DNA of 53,117 bases. Origin: a virus (lineage: Duplodnaviria; Caudoviricetes). This document shows, piece by piece, positions 46,738-53,117 of the stretch. Both the position numbers and the translations under genes were made by a program. The notes below the pieces were generated by a model. That model worked only from the letters and a program-made list of their open reading frames with translations, ran no database searches and was not told the origin of the DNA. Numbering within the stretch: position 1 is the first letter of the stretch; each line of letters opens with the position of its first letter. The stretch is taken from the IMG/VR virus record IMGVR_UViG_3300009705_000021, positions 1 to 53,117 of that record; one strand, written 5' to 3'.

Positions 46738-47960
46738 TCTTCTTCATCTCCTGTTGTTTCTCCACAGTGGTTGCATTTGGCTCCATCTAATTCATCAGTA
46801 TAGTCGAGATGCTTACATGGCCTTATTTTAATCTCACTTGGGATAAAAGTCTCATAGAAAATCTCTATCGGGAATATAGATTCACCAAGAGCCCATAGTT
46901 CATTCATTTCAATACATCTCTTGCAATCACACGGGTCTTCGTCTTCTGCTCGGAATCGTGAATGTTCCACATATGGGTCAATAACACAATCAACAGCCTT
47001 TTGAGCCTTTGTCGCCGCCTTCATCAGTGCTTCGGGTTCATCATTGAGAATCCTAATCCAATGTGATAAATACTCGGCGTGCATCATCTCACCTGTCAAA
47101 CCAAATGCTCCCATCAAGAATGCTGACCCTAATTCGGCAATCAACTCCTCGAAGGCATAATCCTCTGAACCGAAACGATTCATGTTAGGCCGAGATTCCC
47201 TAAGTGGGTGACCTGTGCTATGCACACATTCATGACCCTTGGTCGCAAGGTAATGTAAATTATTCTCAAATTGTTTTCTCTTCGGTAATGCTATACGGTC
47301 ACGGCTCGGGGTGTAAAACGCCCTGTCTCCACCATGTTTCAATTCAATCGGACCACCCTTTGTAGTCGCCATATAGTGAACCAAACAGTCATCCAACTCC
47401 TTCTCCATTCCGCTAAAGTCTTTGGCAGTCATCTCGCTACCTTCAACCTTCTCGAGTGGGGGTAATTCTGTTTGGTCACGGTTAAAGACCGTATATGTCC
47501 TCAAAAGGAATGAGACTTTCTCTTCATCTTTTCCTGTTTCCTTATTCTCTTTACTATAAGTAGTCGGTTTCCAAAATATGATGGTCGTTCCGGCTTCGCC
47601 TTTCTTGACCCCGTACCATTTGGTCGTCTTTTTCCAAGGTCCGTTTCTCCCATCCACCAATTCAAACTCCTTTTTAGAGACAGCGTGTTTAGTGCTCAAT
47701 TTCTTCCATTGGTCATAAGTACCCCACTGAGCACTTTCAAACTCGAATCCACCGAGCCATAGAATAATAGTATTTATTCCTCTATACGAGGTTCCTCGAA
47801 CATTATGTGGCATTGCATCCATTCCGAGCGAAGTCCAAGACTTGCTCCATGTACCAAAATCTCCTGTTTGTAAGCGGTCAATAAATGTATCAGCAAGTTC
47901 TCGCATCATCTCTTTACGAGCCTCTTTGCCGAGTCCACGCCCGAATGATTTTTGAGCCAT
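46734..47960 (-). CDS. ardC: ArdC-like antirestriction protein (ssDNA-binding domain plus zincin-like domain) with Zn-finger tail
   Basis: PHNVRGTSYRGIN, WGTYDQW, VKKGEAG, YTVFN, AFYTPSRDRI, HECVHSTGH and YAFEELIAELGSAFL; GGAGGTG RBS before ATG at 47960. Confidence 0.88.
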   Translation of the reverse strand: MAQKSFGRGLGKEARKEMMRELADTFIDRLQTGDFGTWSKSWTSLGMDAMPHNVRGTSYRGINTIILWLGGFEFESAQWGTYDQWKKLSTKHAVSKKEFELVDGRNGPWKKTTKWYGVKKGEAGTTIIFWKPTTYSKENKETGKDEEKVSFLLRTYTVFNRDQTELPPLEKVEGSEMTAKDFSGMEKELDDCLVHYMATTKGGPIELKHGGDRAFYTPSRDRIALPKRKQFENNLHYLATKGHECVHSTGHPLRESRPNMNRFGSEDYAFEELIAELGSAFLMGAFGLTGEMMHAEYLSHWIRILNDEPEALMKAATKAQKAVDCVIDPYVEHSRFRAEDEDPCDCKRCIEMNELWALGESIFPIEIFYETFIPSEIKIRPCKHLDYTDELDGAKCNHCGETTGDEEE

Positions 47961-47961
47961 A

Positions 47962-48072
47962 TTAAGCACCTCCAATAAATGTTCTGTATTTAGCACCACA
48001 GTCCTCGCAATTGAAATTGCAGAGCCCTGCGTCTATATTCTCTTCACATAATGAGCAATCGTATTCATTCAT
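47962..48072 (-). CDS. Zn-ribbon microprotein (36 aa), not in ORF track
   Basis: GGAGTGA RBS; MNEYDCSLCEENIDAGLCNFNCEDCGAKYRTFIGGA; first gene after the promoter at 48112. Confidence 0.6.
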   Translation of the reverse strand: MNEYDCSLCEENIDAGLCNFNCEDCGAKYRTFIGGA

Positions 48073-48111
48073 TTTCTTTCACTCCCTCTACTGAGTCCTA
48101 TGCGTTGCCGG

Positions 48112-48136
48112 TATATAAAGGCTTTGGCTCTCCGAC
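48112..48136 (-). promoter_or_regulatory. GAGAGCC-N6-TATA promoter
   Basis: GTCGGAGAGCC-aaagcc-TTTATATA. Confidence 0.85.
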
Positions 48137-48542
48137 AGATACTGCGAACCGAAAGCCGTTTAGTGAAATTATTCTCACCATCATTGTTCGAGTCACGAGT
48201 CAATACAGTGGTCATTCTTTGACCCCCTTCTTTAGCAATAAGAAAGGTCGTAAGCGTTTATCAGCATATGCTCCGGACATAATATCCTCCATCAACTCAA
48301 AGTCGCTCATCAACCCACGATAAGCCTCGATGTAATCGAGAATAAGTGTAGCGTCGATAGCCCACCATTCCTCTAAATTAGGATTCATCTTGGCTCACTA
48401 CTCCACGGTTGAGAATACTTAGTTCCACAAATAGTACAAATCTCAATATAGTTGTCGCCATAAGGCCAACCTTCGGTTCGCCAAATCTCGTGTTTGGTTT
48501 TCATATCTCGACAGTCTGTTCTACATCTTTTTTTGATTGTGC

Positions 48543-48896
48543 TCATTCATCATCATTCTCCTTTGCTAATTTGTCCCAATCCTCATCATTTTGAGGAAAC
48601 TTTTCCTCGACCATAATCTTCTCAAGCATATGAATAGAGATTGCATTAGTAATCACCATTGCTCGACCAAACATTACTGCTTCTTGACCTGTCATGCCCA
48701 TGCGAGCGGGTAATTCGTATAGTCTGTCGCACCAATCACAGCACCGACTATGGTCTAAATGCACGGGATGCCCCTCATCGGGTTGACCGGTGTAGCCGTA
48801 AGCATAGGTAGAGTTGCCTTGATATTCCGAACCTTCATAGTGAGTTTCACCATTTATTCTCCAGACCATATCAAATCCACATATACAACATCTCAT
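48543..48896 (-). CDS. Zn-binding hypothetical protein
   Basis: CCICG...RCCDWCD. Confidence 0.65.
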   Translation of the reverse strand: MRCCICGFDMVWRINGETHYEGSEYQGNSTYAYGYTGQPDEGHPVHLDHSRCCDWCDRLYELPARMGMTGQEAVMFGRAMVITNAISIHMLEKIMVEEKFPQNDEDWDKLAKENDDE

Positions 48897-49063
48897 TGTG
48901 ATTCCCCCTCATTCTCGACACATCCTTCCCAAAGGTCCCAAGCCGCTGAGGTTTGGCATTTTTCGCAAGAGAAGATGTAGTTAGGCTCCCAATGTATGAG
49001 TTGCCGTACCTCCGAGATTGCTTGAAGTGTGGCTTCATTCTCACAGTAATCGCATTCTCTCAT
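48893..49063 (-). CDS. Zn-finger microprotein (56 aa), not in ORF track
   Basis: MRECDYCENEA...FSCEKC...; ATGA overlaps at both ends. Confidence 0.6.
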   Translation of the reverse strand: MRECDYCENEATLQAISEVRQLIHWEPNYIFSCEKCQTSAAWDLWEGCVENEGESQ

Positions 49064-49248
49064 TCACATTCCTCCTCATTTATCATCAACTCTTTTGGAA
49101 CTGGTTCAGTCAAATATGCTCTGCCGGATGAAGAGCGTGACCAAGCCGAGCATTTTCCTTCATGCCCTTTAGGTCTATCACAAGTATATCTCTCATTATT
49201 GGTCCAACGAGCAATTTTCTCGACCATTGCACATCTATTCCAAGTCAT
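49060..49248 (-). CDS. Small Cys/His protein
   Basis: CDRPKGHEGKC motif. Confidence 0.55.
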   Translation of the reverse strand: MTWNRCAMVEKIARWTNNERYTCDRPKGHEGKCSAWSRSSSGRAYLTEPVPKELMINEEECE

Positions 49249-49411
49249 TCTTCCTCAGTCTCCTTCAAAACCCATGAGCCTGTGTGATAACGACCATCCG
49301 GCAAAAATCTGCCGCTGACCCAAACACGGAGTTTCATCCATGCTTCTCGGGCTTTGTCTTTTTTCTTGGCTCTACTATATGGTACATTTCTCGCTTCTTT
49401 CTTTTCTCTTA

Positions 49412-49651
49412 TCATATTTCATCCTCCTTAATTTTTCTTTTAATCTCGCTAACAATTAAGTGACCTTCTTCTGTAAGGTCGGGTGATGCTTCGTCAATGG
49501 CTCTTAAGCCAATGAGAACAAGTGAATCGGTGAGGTTTTCGGGAGATATCCATCCGAGCATATCACTACCATAGAGATTGATGCACCGACACATGAAATA
49601 ATGCTCTTCTTCATTGAGCATACTTTTTAGTTTGTGGTTTTGGTTCGCCAT
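49412..49651 (-). CDS. Hypothetical protein (leaderless, MANQN start)
   Basis: ATG 21 nt downstream of the TATA box of promoter 49673. Confidence 0.65.
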   Translation of the reverse strand: MANQNHKLKSMLNEEEHYFMCRCINLYGSDMLGWISPENLTDSLVLIGLRAIDEASPDLTEEGHLIVSEIKRKIKEDEI

Positions 49652-49672
49652 GATGAGTCTAAGCGGTGAAAG

Positions 49673-49697
49673 TATATAAAGCCTGTGGCTCTCCGAC
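49673..49697 (-). promoter_or_regulatory. GAGAGCC-N6-TATA promoter
   Basis: GTCGGAGAGCC-acaggc-TTTATATA. Confidence 0.85.
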
Positions 49698-49801
49698 ATT
49701 AGTATCACCATTCGACCCCCCAATCATCATCCGGCTCTTCGACTTTTTTTTCCCAATCAACATGGTCTTGCCAATCGCTCGAACCGTTAGCCTTCATAGA
49801 A

Positions 49802-50053
49802 TCACCTTCTCTCTTGTTGCTTACTTGTAAAGTCGATGTCGGCTTGGGCTTTTCTCCATCGGATAGTAAGAAGAGCAGCGGTTCTAATTCCTGTCCACTC
49901 GTAGTATCCTCCATCGAGGTTTCCGTACGAGCAACAAAGGGTGCATAGTCGGCCAACATTTTCTCCACTACATGTGTCGATGAAATGGTGTTCACCACGA
50001 CCTTCGCAGGCGGGACACGGAGCAATTTTCGCAAGAATAATAGCATAGGTCAT
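49802..50053 (-). CDS. DnaJ-type Zn-finger protein
   Basis: CPACEGRG...CTLCCSYG; GAGGTGGAGG RBS. Confidence 0.6.
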   Translation of the reverse strand: MTYAIILAKIAPCPACEGRGEHHFIDTCSGENVGRLCTLCCSYGNLDGGYYEWTGIRTAALLTIRWRKAQADIDFTSKQQERR

Positions 50054-50207
50054 TCCTCCACCTCACTTAGGCTCTTGAAATAGTCTTGAACTTCTCCAAT
50101 AGTCATTTGCTCTCTAATAGACCATGAGACGATAAAGGATTTGTGCATTCTCCGACAGTTTCCGCACGGACAAACATTCGAGTAATCTATTTCATCGGTC
50201 ATGAGAA

Positions 50208-50555
50208 TCACCAAAACTCTCCCATTTTCTGCTCATCATCCTTCTCAAGCACTTTGGTCACGAATTGTGCGAGAACTTTTGTCTCGCCTTCTTCTGTGAC
50301 CGCTTCAACAGTCCAATGCTCACGAGCAGTGCGTATTTTCATTTTCTTATGTCTCTTGCAAGAGCAAGCACATTCTCCGTATTCGCCGTTGTGCTCAATT
50401 TCTTCGCAAATATGGTCGGGTAATATATCTCCCGCCATTACTGCTATTTCGCTCTGTGAGACGGGAAAATCATGACCCATTTCATCATAGACGCAATTGA
50501 GACAATCGTCGCATACGACTTCTTTGTCCGGTATGGTTTCATTTTGGTTCGCCAT
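50208..50555 (-). CDS. Cys-rich hypothetical protein (leaderless, MANQN start)
   Basis: ATG 22 nt downstream of the TATA box; CDDC...HIC...CACSC. Confidence 0.65.
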   Translation of the reverse strand: MANQNETIPDKEVVCDDCLNCVYDEMGHDFPVSQSEIAVMAGDILPDHICEEIEHNGEYGECACSCKRHKKMKIRTAREHWTVEAVTEEGETKVLAQFVTKVLEKDDEQKMGEFW

Positions 50556-50577
50556 GTTGAGTACTATGTATCGCCCA

Positions 50578-50602
50578 TATATAAACCCACCGGCTCTCCG
50601 AG
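50578..50602 (-). promoter_or_regulatory. GAGAGCC-N6-TATA promoter
   Basis: CTCGGAGAGCC-ggtggg-TTTATATA. Confidence 0.85.
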
Positions 50603-50693
50603 TTTTCACCCGCCCCTACTCTCTTAAGTATGAGTCGTAAGGGTCATATAATGAAGCAATTCGGTCCGAGAAAACGCATCACATAGGGTTTAA

Positions 50694-50718
50694 CTCTAAG
50701 AGCCGCCACCCTTATATA
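50694..50718 (+). promoter_or_regulatory. GAGCC-N6-TATA promoter (divergent partner)
   Basis: CTCTAAGAGCC-gccacc-CTTATATA upstream of + gene 50791. Confidence 0.7.
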
Positions 50719-50790
50719 CCCCACCGCCGTAGAACTCAGTAGGTGGAACAACAGGTGCAGACAGCCTACAACACTCGGTGGTGAGAAATA

Positions 50791-51213
50791 ATGAATAACG
50801 AAGAAAACGAGGAAACTCAAGAAACAACAGAGATTACACAGTGGCAAGAAGGCGACCAAACTCACGGAGCTCGTGGCGTAAATGTCATGGGTCTGGAGGG
50901 TTGCATTCGAGTCAAGGGATGCCGAGAGATTGGAGGCTTAGAAGTCGCCATTTTCGAGACTGATGTTGCTTTTCCACACCGCTCCGCAAAGGGCAAGTGG
51001 ACAGTAAAGGTCGTAGGTCTTGGTGATAATGGACCTATGTTCAACACAAAGACCCGCAAAGAAGCAATGAAGGCGGCTCGCTACCCATCTGTATGGAGTC
51101 CAAAGTGTGCAAAAATCGTAGAGAAGATTGCACAAGCAAAGGTCGATGCAGAAGAAGCAAAGGCTCAAGCGGCTGAGGAAACCACAGAAACGGTCGAACC
51201 TGTTGATGCTTGA
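50791..51213 (+). CDS. Hypothetical protein (lone + strand gene preceding the repeat array)
   Basis: GGTGGTGA RBS; own promoter; acidic termini around a basic core. Confidence 0.75.
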   Translation: MNNEENEETQETTEITQWQEGDQTHGARGVNVMGLEGCIRVKGCREIGGLEVAIFETDVAFPHRSAKGKWTVKVVGLGDNGPMFNTKTRKEAMKAARYPSVWSPKCAKIVEKIAQAKVDAEEAKAQAAEETTETVEPVDA

Positions 51214-51244
51214 AACCTTACGGTCAATCAATAATCCCCAACAC

Positions 51245-51506
51245 GGTCGGAGTGGGGTGTAGCCTTCGGGAGACACCCTGCCCCTTCTTAGTGGGCTGAT
51301 GGTCTGAACACGGTGTAGATGCCGTCTCATTACCTATTTCATCCGTTGCTCTGCGACAGGTGTAGGTATTGAGATATTTTACCCGTGCATAGAAAGGTCG
51401 GAGCATAGTGTAGGTATTGAGATTTTATCTTAACAACAATAGGTCGGGTTACGGTGTAGCCTTAATCTCTTTAAGGATTTTGGGAATAGGTCTAAGAGTA
51501 TGAGAG
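51245..51506 (+). repeat. Periodic array of G(G/C)TC-N7-(G/A)GTGTAG units with variable 28-38 nt spacers
   Basis: Units start at 51245, 51301, 51348, 51396 and 51442, with a degenerate one at 51489. Confidence 0.7.
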
Positions 51507-51539
51507 TATTAACCGAGCGTAAGCAATATCAAAAATTGC

Positions 51540-51815
51540 TCACACTTTAGGTCGATGTTTTTTCAACAAATTGAACATAGGTTCATGCTCGCCCATAGGC
51601 ACTCCAAGTTCTTCTCGCCATAGCACTTCGAGCAGACTTCTGCAATCCTCGAATGTATAGTCTTCTCTTACTGCTAAGAACCAAAACCAAGTGTCGCTTA
51701 CAACTCCTTTCATATTGAGCCAATTACTGACCTGATAAAGGTCAGTCCATTTTTCTGTATGCTTTGCTCTTTCGACACACTCTTCCCAATTCTTCCTCTC
51801 TTCTTCTTTCTCCAT
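51540..51815 (-). CDS. Hypothetical protein
   Basis: GGAGGTGA RBS before ATG at 51815. Confidence 0.65.
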   Translation of the reverse strand: MEKEEERKNWEECVERAKHTEKWTDLYQVSNWLNMKGVVSDTWFWFLAVREDYTFEDCRSLLEVLWREELGVPMGEHEPMFNLLKKHRPKV

Positions 51816-51875
51816 ATTTTTCACCTCCCTTCTCAGAGAGAGCAGAACCGAATGGTTTCAAAGGATAGCAATTGC

Positions 51876-52178
51876 TCACTGCCCAAGTCTTGTATAGTCT
51901 CGTGGTCGTGCTAACATTTTCCAAGTTTCTCCATCTCCACGGTCAATTGCTTCAACCATAATCTCAAACAATCCAATCTCATGATTACATTCCTCGCAGA
52001 TAAATATGAGCCCATCTCCGTCTGTGCTATAATCACGCAGGCTCATTGGGTCACCACAACAAGTCTGCTCGCTCCACGCACACATACCAAGGTCGGTGTG
52101 TGCATCACAAGGCTCTTCTTCGCAATCTTTAAGGTCGCATAGATGTTGTCTCTTCACTGTTATCTCTTTTCCATTCAT
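51876..52178 (-). CDS. Cys-rich hypothetical protein
   Basis: GGGGGAG RBS; CCGDPM...FICEEC. Confidence 0.65.
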   Translation of the reverse strand: MNGKEITVKRQHLCDLKDCEEEPCDAHTDLGMCAWSEQTCCGDPMSLRDYSTDGDGLIFICEECNHEIGLFEIMVEAIDRGDGETWKMLARPRDYTRLGQ

Positions 52179-52217
52179 TTTTTTTCTCCCCCCTACGTAG
52201 AGCAATATAGGTATAAC

Positions 52218-52242
52218 TATATAAAGCCTTCGGCTCTCGGAG
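52218..52242 (-). promoter_or_regulatory. GAGAGCC-N6-TATA promoter
   Basis: CTCCGAGAGCC-gaaggc-TTTATATA. Confidence 0.85.
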
Positions 52243-52341
52243 CGGGGTCACGACTCACCCAAATCAAGAGCCGAGAAGGTCATTTATTGTTGCTCGGGGC
52301 AGGAGAGCAAGACCTGAACCGTAAGCCACCATTAAAGGTGT

Positions 52342-52650
52342 TCACAGTTCTCCTATCTTCAAGCAAATCCGACACCATTTATCCATCTTACACTCACATC
52401 TCTCTGTAACAATGTGACCTGTTGCGATTATTTGCTCTAATTGAAGTTTCAATTGGGTCATAACTTTAAGGTCTTTTTGCATAGTCTCTTCATGACGGTC
52501 AGTAATTTGACCCATTCGCATAATTTCTCTCTTTACCATAATTTTTGCGGCCTCGCTCATATCGCAATGGTCTAAAATACGACACAGTAATGTTGCGCTT
52601 TCGGTCCAAGTCGGCACACAATACTCTAATACTTCATCTCGTATGACCAA
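52342..52650 (-). CDS. Hypothetical coiled-coil/Cys protein (may start at ATA 52683)
   Basis: ORF downstream of promoter 52734. Confidence 0.65.
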   Translation of the reverse strand: MVIRDEVLEYCVPTWTESATLLCRILDHCDMSEAAKIMVKREIMRMGQITDRHEETMQKDLKVMTQLKLQLEQIIATGHIVTERCECKMDKWCRICLKIGEL

Positions 52651-52733
52651 TTCTTTACTTCTCTTAGTTTCTTTCTCTTCTATATTCTCACCCCCTGTGA
52701 CGCTCTGTCTACAAGGAGCAATAGTGGTGCAAG

Positions 52734-52758
52734 TATATAAAGGTGTTGGCTCTCGGAG
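52734..52758 (-). promoter_or_regulatory. GAGAGCC-N6-TATA promoter
   Basis: CTCCGAGAGCC-aacacc-TTTATATA. Confidence 0.85.
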
Positions 52759-52764
52759 ATTTGT

Positions 52765-52789
52765 GTCGGAGAGCCAAAGGGTTTATATA
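52765..52789 (+). promoter_or_regulatory. GAGAGCC-N6-TATA promoter (back-to-back with 52734-52758)
   Basis: GTCGGAGAGCC-aaaggg-TTTATATA. Confidence 0.85.
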
Positions 52790-52847
52790 TTTAGAAAAGA
52801 ATATCTCTTTGTAGGCAGAGAAAAGGCCGCAGGAGGTGAGAAAAAGA

Positions 52848-53054
52848 ATGAGCGTTGGAAAGAACACAATACAAACAGAGGAGTTTAGAGAGATAAGGTT
52901 GACCTGTGGGTCGTCACATCTACACCATACAAAGACCTTGAGTGAAAAGTATGGTATTAATGGAATGTCGGTTACTCTACATAATGTTGAGAAAGATAAG
53001 GTCACCGTATGGTGCTCCACTTGTGGGGCGACAATTTGGACAAATGTCGTATGA
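52848..53054 (+). CDS. Small Zn-binding protein
   Basis: GGAGGTGA RBS; CGSSH...WCSTCG. Confidence 0.65.
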   Translation: MSVGKNTIQTEEFREIRLTCGSSHLHHTKTLSEKYGINGMSVTLHNVEKDKVTVWCSTCGATIWTNVV

Positions 53055-53056
53055 TT

Positions 53057-53073
53057 ATAGGGGTCACCCCTAT
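53057..53073 (+). terminator. Hairpin/palindrome directly after the stop codon
   Basis: ATAGGGGTCACCCCTAT, followed by a pyrimidine-rich tract. Confidence 0.35.
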
Positions 53074-53117
53074 GACATTATAGGTCTTCCTCTCCTCACC
53101 TTTTCTCACTATAACAA

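Larger units (their letters stand above)
1..53117. mobile_element. Genome fragment of a tailed archaeal virus (Caudoviricetes, siphovirus-type tail; magrovirus-like)
   Basis: Tail tube, tape measure and chaperone genes with no sheath; archaeal-type PolB, AEP primase, PCNA, RFC, RPA and MCM-like genes; TTTATATA promoters and GGTGA RBSs; no host housekeeping genes. Confidence 0.9.

Noticed and set aside
49705-50046. 113-aa alternative-frame ORF
   Set aside because: It overlaps the RBS-supported DnaJ-type Zn-finger ORF 49802..50053. Only its last ~30 codons (MKANG...) may be a real microgene.
51245-51506. Canonical CRISPR array
   Set aside because: The constant parts are only 4+7 nt around a variable 7-mer, not identical 23-47 nt repeats. 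Kept as an unexplained array instead.
1-53117. tRNA/rRNA genes, integrase, terminase/capsid, reverse transcriptase (DGR)
   Set aside because: None was recognised. Head and packaging genes presumably lie outside the window. tRNAscan-SE in archaeal mode would be needed to exclude tRNAs formally.

Overview
The whole window reads as one fragment of a tailed dsDNA virus of a euryarchaeon. Evidence: TATA-box promoters, GGTGA/GAGGTGA ribosome-binding sites and an archaeal-type replisome. The gene set is most like magroviruses of Marine Group II/Poseidoniales, but the host is inferred, not shown. All protein calls are by motif recognition, with no database search. There are three modules. (1) 1-19.2 kb, + strand: a siphovirus-type neck and tail module with adaptor, neck, terminator, tail tube, a G/GT chaperone pair with a C-CCT-TTG -1 slippery site, a 946-aa tape measure and a ~3320-aa hub/adhesin. 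(2) 19.2-40 kb, - strand: replication and recombination genes (ERCC4 nuclease, PriS-PriL fusion primase, Cas4-like nuclease, PolB, PCNA-like clamp, Sak4/RadA-like ATPase, RPA, RFC, dNMP kinase, short MCM-like ATPase). Embedded between polB and the clamp is a cassette of NDT-like enzyme, DUF2156 (Fem/MprF-type) transferase and amino-methyltransferase. (3) 40-53 kb: an accessory, probably early, region of small ORFs plus an SF2 helicase and ArdC, driven by ten copies of a STC(G/C)GAGAGCC-N6-TTTATATA promoter. The most notable observations are these. PolB, the methyltransferase, the DUF2156 protein and an RFC-proximal protein all end in -EWL*, which suggests a clamp-tethered DNA modification system. 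A ~47-bp periodic GGTC-N7-GGTGTAG array lies at 51.25-51.5 kb. A nested ~210-bp palindrome upstream of the MCM-like gene is a candidate origin. A TFS-like Zn-ribbon microprotein is present, and GATC, CTAG and AGCT appear strongly avoided.
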